Assembly: GCA_009103225.1 (NCBI GenBank)
Contig: RHPI01001412.1
Coordinates: 1 to 44,168 of the forward strand
Direction of reading: 5' to 3'
Source of the DNA: Chlorokybus atmophyticus
Lineage: Eukaryota > Plantae > Mesostigma and Chlorokybus algae
Length of the DNA stretch: 44,168 nucleotides
Shown: one piece after another, positions 10,432 through 22,968 of the stretch
Numbering within the stretch: the stretch's first letter is position 1
Layout of the letters: every line of letters starts with the position of its first letter
Notes under the pieces: model-generated
What the model was told of the DNA's origin: nothing
The model's input: the letters and a program-made list of their open reading frames with translations, nothing else
The model's database searches: none
Position numbers and translations under genes: made by a program

Positions 10432-13400
10432 TTATATAGAGGCCATGAACTGTTCGTACTGCGAGTCTATCGACGGTGCTGAGGCAGCAGCAGCAGGCGC
10501 AGGGGCAGCGGGCGTAGGGGCACTAGATGAGTATACAGGAGCGGTCACTGGCTGAGCATAGTGTGAATACTGAGGATACTGCACTGCTGCGTTGGGATCC
10601 GCCAGAGACTGTGCATAGTCATGAGGGGCCCACGCGGCCACGGGTTGCGGCGGCGCCATTTGCGTGGCGTGCTGCTGTGCCCATGCGGCTGCGTTGAGGT
10701 CCTGGTACGCCTGCTGGGCCCACGGAGGTTGCTGCTGTTGCTGGACCTCCCATGGCTGAGCCACCGGCGCCGGAGTCCACATTTGATGCTGAGCTTGCGC
10801 TATTGTTGTGTCAACAGAGGCACCAGTTGACGCCCACGGTGCAGGCACTCCCGGTGGTGCAACTCCTGGAGGTGCCAATCCCGGGGGTTGCACTCCCGGT
10901 GGCAATGGCGGCATCTGCATGCAGGTTGCTTGTGAGTACCTCTAACCCAACCAATGCATACATGCTATCTAGAAACCATGCAAAGCTCACGGCTTACCTG
11001 TGGTTGAGGCCAAGGTGCAGACGCAGTAGTAGCGGAGGAATGCGACATGAGTGGCACTGATGCTGTTGCACTTGGCTGCGGATTGAGGTGCACATAATGA
11101 GCAGCCATCATTGGCTAAAGTGACACAAAACCTGACACAACTACCACTCACCGTAGCCCAAGGTTGCGAGTAAGTTGATGATCCAGAAATGGCTGGAGGG
11201 TCTGCCGGCAGCGGTTGACCGTTTCTGAGGGCGGAGGCTCTCATGGCATTGCGTGCAATTTCCATGGCCCAATCAGGAGGCCTTCCTTGGGCAGGATTGA
11301 CAGTAAAAACTTGCTGCGAGCAATGAACAGAATCAGCAAGAAGGTTGTCACTGGACCCTTCTGCAGACTGTGAACATGCCTGTCTTGAGCTTACTTGTGG
11401 TTTTGGGCCTCCTGTGCTGGAAGGCGCTGCTGGTGTGTAGCCAAGCCCAGGGCGGAAGCCATTCTGCCCTGGGATGAAACCGGGCCTAAAGGTGGACGCC
11501 CCTGCTGCTGTGGTGGTAGGCGGTGCTGTAGTGCTGGCCACAGCTGATGCCGGGTAGCCGGGAATGACCGGTGTTGGACCTGCCAAAGGCACTCCTCCAA
11601 CGCCCTCACCAAGCTCTGCCATAAAGCTCATGTACTCCTTGTCCAGCATTTGGCCCTGCGGTCGACACGCGTACAATGAAGCGTGGAAATCCAATGTACG
11701 TCTCAGTTGTCATGTGTGTGTTGACGATGTTGACAAAGGACTGAATGAATACCCAACCTGTGCTGTGTTGCGCCTGGGACAGTCGATTGTGGGATGCCCT
11801 CCGTCACCACAGATTGCGCAGCTAACCTTGGCCTGGAAGGTCTGTAACTGTTCCTTTGGACACATCCACGACTTGTGGCCTGTCTCACCACATGTTGTGC
11901 AAATAATCTGCATCACACATATGGACGGTGAGCATCATATCCACACAAGCTCCATGAAAAGCTGCACATTGAAACAAACTTCCAGAGATGCAAAGCGTTG
12001 CTCCAAATGACTGCTTTGCTGTTGAATGCAGAACTGCACATGAATGTAAGCCCAAGACATACCCCGACGAAATCACGAATAGTGCCATTCATCTCAGCGA
12101 GCTCACGAAGCTGCTTCCTTTTGTGAATATTTGCTTCCTCCTGTGGAGACCACCGACTTGAGTAGTGGCACATGCAAGTGACATGCCAACAAGCAAGCTG
12201 CAGGGCGTGCAGACTTACGTCAACTGGGTGGAGGAGTGGCTCAATCATGTTGACAGCTGCCTCCACTTTTTCAATGGTATCTCCAGCAATATGCACATGC
12301 AATTCGTCATCCGCTCCCTCAAGGTGCTTAGCAGTTTTTGGGGTGGCCAACTGCAGAGTCACAACAGGTGGCGTTAGTTCGCAACACTGCACAGCATCAA
12401 CTCGTTCAGGCCAAAAACAACCCTGGGTACTCACCCTGCCTTCCTTGACAGCACCCTTGCCGCGAATTGCTATTTTACAACCAGTCTCCTGTGCAAAACA
12501 ACACAACCCCATCGACAAGGGCCTACACTGCCTTCAACCATGCAATGCATACATGAGCAGTGACTTACCCCTTCCATTCTCTTCTGTGTGTTTCCGCGCG
12601 GGCCCAGAATCAGGCCAATGAAATTGTAGTGTGGATAGAGCTTTTGCTGCAAGCAGCGCGCTGTGTCAGCCCCTCATCACTTGGACAACAAAGACAGCAA
12701 AACCTACCGGTATGTACAGTTTCGCTTCTTTCATTACAGGTTTGAAGCCAACAGGAGGTTTGAAGCTGGGGTTCAACCTCATGACTTCACCTGCAGACCA
12801 AAACTGTTAGCTACTCTGCGATCAACTATGCTGCATGCATGTGAGTCAATGCACTTCTCACTGATTGCGTCCCTTCGCTCAGTATCCAGGCGCTCTCGAT
12901 GCCGAGCCTGCAGCAAGATGCAAAAATCAATGACATCGACACGACAGCATGCACTTGGAAATAGTAGTTTGATTCAGCACACCCAGTGGTACTGACAACG
13001 GAATAGATAAAATCTGTGTATAGACATTGGTGTGCATTGGTCGTTTCAACCACTTCTAGAGCATGGAAGGATGGAGCACAAAAAGGCCTTCTCATACAAA
13101 CCTCACGCGTATTAATTCTCTGACCGCGATCCCCATATATTGGCTCCGGAGATGGCGATCGAGTTCGCTCATTCATGTCCATCTCCAACATGGGCTGCGC
13201 CAGCATGGCTGCAATCTGTTCAGCCCTTGTCTGCGCGCATATCCACATGCTTTGTCAACGTGCTTTGCATGACGCTAAAGGAACACCCAACAAAGCCTGC
13301 ATGACATGGGGTGCAACGTGACAAGGAGAGACCCAACCCACGGCATGCAACAAACCACAGAAACAGCGCCAACCTGCAGCGCCAGTGCCCTTCCGCGCTT

Positions 13401-13903
13401 GGCAACAGGGTCTTGCGACAAGTCTGGTCCCCACTTGGACTTACGATTCGGCAGCACGCCTGTGGCAATCTTTATTTGCACCTCGTCTATGTGCTCAGGG
13501 CCCCAACGGGATTGCTACATGCACACACGCATCACGCGCTGAGATTCCGCCCGCAGACATGCTCATGCCAACACCCAACACCAAAATCAATGCCGACTAC
13601 TGTGATATTGCACTGCAACCACCGCACGACCACACCAGAACCAGAACAAACAACAAACGCGCCACACTTGAAGTTTACCTTCTGGCCGATCACGACCAAC
13701 GCGCCGGACAGCTTGTTCTTGGGAATAATAAACCCAGGAGCCGCGGCGTCAGTAGTAGGCGCAACTGCAGCCGGCGCAGCAGCAGCAGCAGCAGCACCCG
13801 TATCATTGCCGCCGGTCGCTGAGACAGAGGTGGCGTTGCCAAAATTCTCCAACAAGGCCTTGAACTTTTCTGCTGCAGGGCTCACCGTTGTGGCAGCCGC
13901 CAT
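10432..13903 (-). CDS. SF1: Splicing factor 1 / branchpoint-binding protein (KH-QUA2 plus two CCHC zinc knuckles, Pro-rich C-terminus), ~14 exons
   Basis: [20 protein letters not shown]; [37 protein letters not shown] (KH GxxG loop); [18 protein letters not shown] (QUA2); [14 protein letters not shown] and [14 protein letters not shown]; [13 protein letters not shown]. All introns reconstruct as GT-AG in frame. Confidence 0.95.
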
Positions 13904-14041
13904 AAGTAGTAGTAGAGTCTTAACCTCTGCAGTCTCACCAAACCTCCCCTCCTGACCTCATCCAAGCCGCCCACACTGCCGTCAACCTCGCCGCCCACAC
14001 CGCCGATCTGCACAACAACTTTCCAGCACTCCACTTCCAAT

Positions 14042-14050
14042 AAACCCTAA
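14042..14050 (+). promoter_or_regulatory. Telo-box (AAACCCTAA) ~140 bp upstream of the SF1 start codon
   Basis: Exact motif. Telo-boxes are established elements near plant RNA-processing and translation genes; function here is untested. Confidence 0.4.
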
Positions 14051-15344
14051 TTCTGGGCGAAGCCGGATCGACCGATCCACACTTCTGAACCCCGAGCTTG
14101 CTGTTGTCATACATGCCTTCTCCCACTGGGTTTGTACTGGCATATATGCTAGTTGCAGGTCTGCTGTGGCACTATTTCTGTAATGGGGCAGGCTTTCAGC
14201 CTGATTGCAGGCAATCCACCTGAGAGTTTCAGGTGGAATTCAGCCGTGGTGTTGTCGGAGGGAGCGGCGGCGGCGGTGGGCTCGGCGGAGTGGTTGGTGT
14301 TGTAGGGAGGAGTGACAACGGGACAAAGTGACTGGACACAGCCACTGGTGGTGGATAACTGGATCCAGTAGGATCCACACTATGGGCTAGTGTGAGGCCT
14401 GGCCTCACAAGAGCCAGGCGTTGCTCTGGTCCAGCGTGGCCTGACTGGTGATATTGCCTCGCTAGCCCACTCTCGCGTAGCCTGGTCTACTTTGGCTAGG
14501 TTGGTGCGCTGAACAAGCGAAAGAGCGTTTCATTGTGTTGATCTCGTCATGGTGGATGCTCAAGGCCGGGTGGAAGCTCTGGCAGCATACAGGGCGGCTG
14601 CATTGCGGGTGAAACCTCGTGGACATGGCGACTACCCCCAACCTGCTCAGTTTTCTAGCTAGCTGGCACACTTGATTCTGGTGTGAGGCTTGCTGCTCGC
14701 GGCATAGCATGGAGCAGGCGTCCATAAGTGCTTGTTTTCTTCTGCCGCGTGGTGCAGCGCTATGACATCGCTCCCATGTTGTTTTTGGAGGCCTGGCGCA
14801 GGCTTGTTGGGGGCTGGAGCAACGATAGGCCCAGCCAACAACAGCCAAAGAGTCCCCATTGCGCACTGCTCCCCTGGAAAGTGAGCAGCTCGGCCAAGGT
14901 GGAGCCTGCTGACAGCTTAGTAGCTTCTTCTTCAGCAGCGCCAGCTGCCACAGCTTCAATCTCAGGCCGGTCTCTGCTTCCAGTCAGCCATGGAAACTTC
15001 CAGGCTCTTGGCACTGCTACTCTTGTGCGCACACCCAGCACTTTGCTCAGAACACCAAACAGCAAGCAGGTTAGAATATTCAACAATTCACACACCAAGG
15101 TTACGTCGAAGGAGATGTGTTGTACGTGGTTGGGCGCACGTAGCACGTTAGCTGCAGTTCTAGCACTGATACTGCAGCATTGAAATTGCGAATCAGGGGG
15201 AAGCGTATGCGTTGGTACATCCGTCGCGCCTCTCGTGGGCGCCGAAAAACAGCGTATGGCCAATTGGAGAGGTGCGTGATGATGGGCGATGCTTCACATG
15301 TGTATGCGTAGCTCTAATGCACATTGTGGTAACAGCCTACGACG

Positions 15345-18337
15345 ATGATAAACATTGACCAACAAAGCGGCAAGGTACGGTGTTGCAGCCAAGCTCAGTG
15401 GTATTTTGCACTCCATGCTGACCGAGAGTTTCATTCTAGTCATTAGGGTGATATGTTTGTGTGGTGCCACAGGAGTCAAAGTCGGCAACAACAACAAACG
15501 CGCATGAGCTGGCGAAAGGAAATACATTACGGCAGCGCTCAAGTGTCGTGGGTGTTGGACCTGGAAATGGTGGTAAAAATCTGTACAAAGCGGGGTTTGC
15601 AGGAAGCAGTGCGCCCGCCGTCCAAAGGGATCGCCACATGATTGATCCAAGGGGAGGCTTCATGCGCCACTGGGACGTACTCATGTTATCCTTACTATTC
15701 TGGACTGCTGTGATTACGCCATATGAAGTGGCTTTTTTGCAAACCAGCATACACAGCGGCTTATTTTGGATAAACCGTCTCGTGGACTTGCTGTTTACCA
15801 TCGACATCATCATGAACTTTAACTTGATGTACTTTGATCCTGCTGACAATGTCTGGGTCGTCTCAAGGAAAAACGCGACTCAGAGATATGTGAGCGGCTA
15901 TTTCGCCATGGACATAATATCCGTCATTCCCTTTGACGTCATCGGCATGGTTTCTGATTCGGTCAGTACACACTGTGTGTGTATGCACGTGGTACGTGCA
16001 TGTAACAACGGTCTGACCCCGTGTGTGGTTGCCAGCAAGCTAGGAAGCTGAAGGTCTTGAGAGCGTTGAGAATTATCCGGTTGGCAAAGTTACTTCGCAT
16101 CTTGCGCACCGGACGAATCTTCCACAGATGGGAGGCGAGCAGAGCTGTGAACTACTCCTTGATGAAACTTGTCAAGTTCATGGTGAGCCTTTGTGACGTG
16201 CCTGCCTTGCTGCTGCGCCCATGTCTTACAATGCTACCAAAGCCATTTGCTGGCTATCAACCTCACATGTCTTGGCAGATCATTGCCCTGTTTATCGCTC
16301 ATTGGATGGCATGCGCTTTCCGTCTAGTGGCGGTGAGTGTTTGTTATTTTTGCTTATGCTTTGTGCAGCAAGGCATGATGATATCAGATGATGTGCTTTG
16401 CCTATGCATGGTTGCGCGCACACTGTGAGCACACCAACCGAAACTTTGGTGATGCAGAACCTAGAGGGGGACTCCCTCAACTGGGTGCAGCATCAATTGG
16501 GAGCGTCAATGTCGACACTGGATTTGTACATCATCTCGTTGTACTGGTAAGTAGTGAATGCTGTTCAGTTGTAAATCGTGCATGCGTTGATGTCAAACAC
16601 CTCTGTCAAGCACATCTGCAGCTTACAGAGTGCACCACACACGTTGCAGGTCGACGATGACGATTACAACTATAGGCTATGGCGATATCACGCCAGTTAC
16701 AGGAGCTGAGCGTGCCTATGTGATTGTTGCAATGATGCTGGGGGCGAGCGTGTTCGCGTACATTGTCGGCAGTGTGTGCGGGATCGTGGCTTCCATGAAT
16801 CAGCGCGAAACAGCTTTCTACTCCCTTATGGATACACTCAACGCGTTCATACGCGAAGCCAAGCTTGACAGTGATATTGCACAGGTGAGAGCGAGCGTAT
16901 ACACACCGTTTCACATTGTACACAAGCAACTATTGACAACCAGCTTTGCTGATTGGTACTGGCTGTCTGCCTATGGCATGCAGTCATGGTCATACAGTTC
17001 GCGCATTTCAAGGCCGTTTGTTGCATTGGCTCCTGACATTGCTGTTGTGGTTGTTGCAGCGACTACGCTCCTTTTTCCGCTATAGACGCCACAGGACAGA
17101 CGTGTCCGAATGGCACGACCTGCTGTCGCAGATGAGTCCGGCACTACGAGGGGAGGTTGCAATTCAATGCAACAGCGATTGGATCAACCACGTCACATTT
17201 TTCCGCGGCTGCCCGCAGGACTTTATTATTGAACTAGCATACTTGCTTCGAAGTGAGACATACCCGCCAGGGGAGACATTCATCAAGCCTGCCGAGATGA
17301 TGGCAGCTGCCCTCAGCGATACTGAGCAGAAGATGTACATAGTGAGGCGCGGCGTGATATCAGCCCGCGGGCGTCTGTATCAAACCAACAGCGTGATAGG
17401 AGAAGACATCCTCTTTGCCATGTCGGACCTTTGCTATGCGGCGCGCACCCTCACGTACACGGACGTGTACTCCATATCACGCGCCAGCTTCGTGCCTCTG
17501 CTTGAGAAGTACCCACACGTGAAGAAGTTGCTGAGGCGTGTTGTCGTGCGCATGGTGCTGCGCGATTACGTCGTGCGTTATGCAAAGGTTGTGGTCAACA
17601 TACGCCACGGCGTGCAGCGGCTTGGCCGAGCAGCGACCAGCTACTTGTTCTCTGATGAGCAAACGCTCTATCTCAAGCCGCCGCAGCGGCTCAGCGCCAT
17701 CATTATGGCTGACAAGATTGAGGGGCTGAAGCTGCAGCGCGCGATAGTGAACATACAGAAAGTGTGGAGAACCCACGCCGTGCGAAAACAGGCGCAACTC
17801 TCCAAGGTGCAGCGCGTGCTCGCACCATCCGTCTCACCCATCAACAGGCCCGGCAGCCTTCGTAAAGGCACAGCTTTAGATTCCTCCCGCATAGCGAGGT
17901 TTGACTCCCGACCCGTACCGTTCGCAGACACCAAAGCTGCCGCCAATGTTGAGAGCGCGCTGGCCAAGTGCTTGCAGCGTGCTGATGGGAATGCCTCCGT
18001 CCTCGCCGACATCAACCACAAGCTGGAGCTGCTGCTCGACAATGTAGACAAGATGCAGCAGCGGGTGGATGCATTGGAACAGGCCAACTTCAATGCGAGC
18101 TTGCATGCGCACGCCATGCGAGCAGTGCACCACGACCAGCATCATGCGGACAGCAGGGAGTTCAGACGACAAGTGTATGAGTCTCCCGCCTTGACTCCGT
18201 CCACATCCTCAACCTCTCAAGCTTTGCACCAACTCGAGGACGACGCGCAGCAGATGCTTGTTCGCAAGGTTTCCAGCTTCCTTAACCCCAGCTTGAACAG
18301 AATACCTTCACTAAGTGGAGAATTAGATAAGGGATAG
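15345..18337 (+). CDS. Voltage-gated K+ channel with a cyclic-nucleotide-binding domain (KCNH/plant Shaker-like), 7 exons
   Basis: S4 KLKVLRALRIIRLAKLLRILR; pore LYIISLYW-STMTITTIGYGD across a phase-2 intron; C-linker LSQMSPALRGEVA; CNBD FFRGCPQDFIIELAYLL..MYIVRRG..IGEDIL..AARTLTYTDVYSISR; C-terminal coiled coil. Exon 1 (15345-15374) is the least certain part. Confidence 0.92.
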
Positions 18338-18777
18338 CGCAGCTCTCAGGGCACATTGTCACTTAGGGTTAGTCAGGGCATATTGTTAGTAATTGACAGC
18401 CGTTGCTGTTCGCCGTGTTACGAGCCAAACGCACAGAGGCTCAGCTTCATGATGTATTCTCCGCGCCTCGGAAGATCCCCAGCAACAAATGTTTTTGGGG
18501 TTCACACCAATTATGTATGGCGCAAAAGCATGCATCCTTCCTCAACGTCCATGCAGCAAATACCAACATACAACACTGGCATCAGTTATGGAAGCAATGT
18601 AGCTTCGCAGCATGTTATGGTACAAGCAGCCCATGACGGCTGCCACTGGCATACGCTAAAAACACCTCCTGAACTCAAACCAACTTGTCTGGAATCCAGC
18701 TGTTATGCACATAACAACAACAAATCAAACACCTACAACTTCAACTCCAACAATCTAGGTCAACACGGCAGAAGGGG

Positions 18778-20972
18778 CTATGAGTAGGGCGGTAGAAGCG
18801 GTCGCGATTTCTGCCGTACGACCTCAACATCAACAGCGCCCTCGGCATGCTCCTTTTTCTTCTTGTTATTGTTGTCGTCCGCATCTTTCGACCCAACAAC
18901 AGACACAAACACGGGGACGGGCGCTCTCCTGGCCTTCTGCCACATGCGTCCAAACATGCTCAGCGTGGAGGCCACCTTGGCGGTCATGTCCTGGCTGCTG
19001 TTGACCACCTTGACACTGTTCAGGAAGGACCCCGCAGCGTTTCTCACGGTGATGGGCCTGAGGGACGCGTGCGCGAGGGCAAAGAGCCCGCCCCACAACA
19101 GCGCGTTTGACGCCGCGTGCAGCGCATGGGACAGGTGACCCAGCAGCACATACACCGCAGCGAAGGTGGTGTAATTGATGAGGTTCTTGCGGTTAATGCC
19201 GTTGATTACAATGTTGTTCCATACCAACTGGTTCCGCCCTGTAATCTGAGGAAAGAAAGGATAGATCATGCAGCAATGGTAAGTTTGACAGCAAGAGACA
19301 AATACACCCACACGCAATCACACACAAGCATGCGCACCCACACCGATGTGTACAACCACGCCCCGTGTGTGCACACCCGCGCGCACATGACTTGCACCCA
19401 TGTACACATGCATGCAAGAGGACCAGTTACCAACACATGTAGACTTCAACCCCACGCAACAGATGCCTTGACAACTCAGCAAGCATCCCCATCCCAGGCA
19501 AGCATACCCGTTCCGACAGCAGCGCGACTTGTCCCAGCGCGTTATCGCTCTTGCACACGATCCCCACCGCTCCCGCGGTGATCCCGAGGCACGTGGGCGG
19601 CGACCGCAGCAGCGCGAGCAGCCAGCCGATCGCCAGCGCCACCGCGGCGTAGTTCTGACGGTAGCAGACCAGATTGGTCTTCACGCGGTCGCGCCAGTCC
19701 TGAGAGGAGGAGGGGAGGTCGAGAGAAGGGAGGCGGAGCTCAAAGACTTGAAGACGCTTCGTCTCTGCATCCGCCTGTGACAGGACAACACAATGTGCCA
19801 TGCCACACGTACACAATGCTAAAGTGCGGCAGATGTGTATGTCCGTGAGATGTGGGCATTGCAGCAAGAAAACTGAGGGCTTATTAGCTTGCATTGTCAG
19901 ATATTCCTTTCTTTGCGCATTGAGCAGATGTAAGCATGACACGTCGTGCATTGCAATGTTGGCAAGCACGTTACATGTTCGTGTAGTCAGCCAGAAGGTC
20001 AAACCAAGTATTCTTGCGCAACACGTCACAACCTACACGCCATACGCTGCTTGAGTTGAGTTGAGTTGATAAATCCAATAACAGCTGCTGGTAGTAGCGC
20101 ACCATTGAGCCGCACACTGCCGGTAACAACGCCTTCAACACATGGTTGATCGTGTTCAACATGATAACAGAGTCAACAGCACTACGCGCACTGTTGCGTA
20201 CATAAGATTACCAAAGCAACCAAGAGCTAGAGACTTCAAGCACACAACATACATACACAGACACACAAGCGCACACGCACGGGCATACACACTGTGCACA
20301 CACACGCACATTCTGGTGTGTATGTGTCGTTGTGTTTGTCTGCATATGTGCGCACGCGACTGCGTACACACATACACAAGGTGTGCGTCTTAGTAAGTAC
20401 TGACAAACACACGCACTTTGTGCATGTGTGTTGTCTGTGTGCGTGTAAAATCGCGTACACGCACACAGACCAACAAACACACGTACACTTGAATCCGTCT
20501 AGCTGAGCTTCACGCTCACACATACCTGCACAGCGGCCGCCGCCACTTTCATCGCCCAGAAGTCTCTCCACCCCCTCGGCGCTGCATCCCACGGCTGCAC
20601 CCTCCCCTCCCGCCACGTCTCCAGCCCAGCGCTGCGCCACGACGCCAGTCCCGCGGCCACGTTCGCGCGCCAGGTGTCGAACAGGGGGTTGGAGAGACCG
20701 AGACCACCTCCGCCGCCGGAGCTGCTGCTGCTGCTTGGCCCCTGCCCTGATCCCGCCCATGCTCCCGCCGCCCCTGTCCTTGGCCAGGACGGCCTGGTCC
20801 TTGTCCTGGTGCTGGTTCTTATCGTCGTCGTCGGCCTGAGCGTACTTGTCCTGATCGGCCTGCTCCTGGTCGTCGTCCGACTCCTCGTCATCGGCGTTAG
20901 CTGCAGATCCAGCAGGCACAGCGTCGCCTGACTGGCGGAGGCGGCGCCCGCCGCCGCTGCCATCCCGCCCAT
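18778..20972 (-). CDS. PRA1: PRA1 (prenylated Rab acceptor 1) family protein, ~393 aa; exons 20972-20526, 19774-19508, 19245-18778
   Basis: QPW..WRDFW; DWRDRVKTNLVCYRQNYAAV (N..YY..NY motif); hydrophobic segments ending GLFALAHASLRP; phase-0 GT-AG introns. Start codon uncertain. Confidence 0.8.
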
Positions 20973-21086
20973 CCCGCCGATAACAATTACAACGACAACG
21001 ACAACATCATCAGTCAGGACATTAGCAACGGTATAGCAGCGGCGGCGGCGGCGGCTGGCTGAGCCTGGAGGTGCTCTTCTTCAAGA

Positions 21087-22968
21087 ATGGATCTACCAGC
21101 TGGAATCTCCGCCACCTTGTCCTCCGTGTCATTGTCTTCGGCGACGGCGGCGGAGTCGCTGGCGGGCAGCAAGCCCCCTGACAAGATCAGCAGGGAGCTT
21201 GCTAATGCCATACAGGTCAGCATCCATTGCAGCACCTTTGATTACTTGTTTGCTGTTGTGGCGATGTGTTTCTGTTGGGATGTCCAGCATGTAGTTTGTG
21301 TATGTAAGCAGCAGGCACGCACACACACAAAGCACTAGCATAAACACACACACGTAGCTGTACTTCATCTTTGATCGCTCAACACAAGGTGTGCCAGTTC
21401 AATGCTGTTGTGGCTTTGAGAGTCAGTGCTGTTCTCTCCTGCTTGCAAGGACACATGTTGAAAGCAGCTGTGGACTGTGTTATTGAGTCTTCCTCTTGAT
21501 CGAATGTTTGTTAAGCTCCATAGCGTACGCATGTCATATGGTCGGTCACTTAAAGTTGGTTGAAGAGTTGCATTGGGTGTGTAGTCACTCCACACCCTCC
21601 ATTTGCAGAAGCATCTCTGCATGATGCACAGTTGCTGCGAGCACGCATGCACGTGTGCTTCTGTGTGTTGCCAGTCAGTCTGTTTCAAGCCCACGCCTTG
21701 CATGTCATTGCATGGCACAATCCAATGCTGCTGTTGGTGATGTGCGCGAGCACGCACGTACACGAGTGGTCATGCGCGTGCACGCGTGCATATGAATGTG
21801 CGTGCGCGCGTGCGTTTGCTTGCCAACAGCAGTCCCTCATTGTCGCTGGTTCCTGCAGGATGATAGAAGAAGACAGTTGGTCAACGACGCCAAGTTCAGA
21901 GCCGTCGCCCAACACGCCGACTACGACACCTTTCAGGCACACAACCACAGCCATCTGCAACTCCCTTGCCATTTGATTGGTGATCTCAATCGCATGCACA
22001 CAGGCGATGGTGTCTGTGGCACACCTGGAGCCTCTGAGCAAGGCTGAGCTTGGCATGGGCGCAACAACAACATCAACACAACAGCGAGCCGGGCAGCCCC
22101 CGGCGTGGCGGTTTGGAGTGGGAGGAGGCAATGATAACCCCGCGACAACATCGGGTGCTGAGGGGGAGGTGAGAATGAGGCGCACGTCCTGGCTAATGCA
22201 CGTATACATCTGTACAAAAGTGTGCATGCCAAGACGCGTATGTGTACACATACATGCACGCATACACAGGCACACGCACGCATGCGTGGGCATGCACCCG
22301 CATGCATGGGTGCGCACATACGCACTCACGTGCACACGCAGGCGTACGCATATAGAGCAGGCGTTTTTATGTACTTTTTGGATCAATTCTGTCGCCGTCT
22401 CACTCTTGTTGTGCACATCAGCTATATAGGGGCTTGGTGTCTGCACAGCCTCAAAGCGCAGCAGCCTTTGAAAAGGCGTGGCAGCGAGGTTGCAAGACCG
22501 TCGACGAGAGGCTTCGCTACCTCATGTCGGTGCCTCCCGACCGCATACCGGCCATATTCAAGGTGGAAGTCAGCCCTGCGCTGCTGGCGGACGTGGTGAT
22601 CGTACTTGAAGAACATTGCTGGTAAGAAGGAGACAATACGATTTGCATGAGGGTGATTGTCATGTGCATGAGTTGAGATTGATGGTCTTATGTGCAGTCG
22701 TGCGAGTGGTGGGGACTCTACAAGCAATTCTCATGATGGAAATGAGGAATGCACTGATGAGAGCGATGAGAGGAAACTCGCGCAAGCGTCATTGGTATTG
22801 AACTACTTGGATGAGTTTGCCAAGGTGGCACGTTTTGGCTTGACGGTGCAAATGGCGAAAGGCAAGCTCAAGCAGCCTGCACGTGGGTTGATTGAATGGT
22901 TGGAGTCAACATTGCCGCCAGAGAGACTGCCTGATGTGCAGCGGCTACGCAAGTTATATGCAGCATAG
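21087..22968 (+). CDS. CCDC103: CCDC103/DNAAF19 axonemal dynein assembly factor; exons 21087-21215, 21859-21936, 22004-22168, 22449-22621, 22698-22968
   Basis: Spliced ELANAIQ-DDRRRQLVNDAKFRAVAQHADYDTFQ-AMVSVAHLEPL fits the dynein-attachment N-terminal motif (NDAKFRAV..YEEF..V.ASHLKPL). PQSAAAFEKAW..IFKVEVSPALL..RFGLTV is RPAP3_C-like. Confidence 0.88.

Noticed and set aside
14462-15263. Overlapping 150-167-aa ORFs between SF1 and the K channel
   Set aside because: No recognisable motifs or consistent splice structure.
21014-21235. Minus-strand ORF with a signal-peptide-like start as the PRA1 5' exon
   Set aside because: It is the antisense of CCDC103 exon 1 (21087-21215), which is supported by homology and splice phase.
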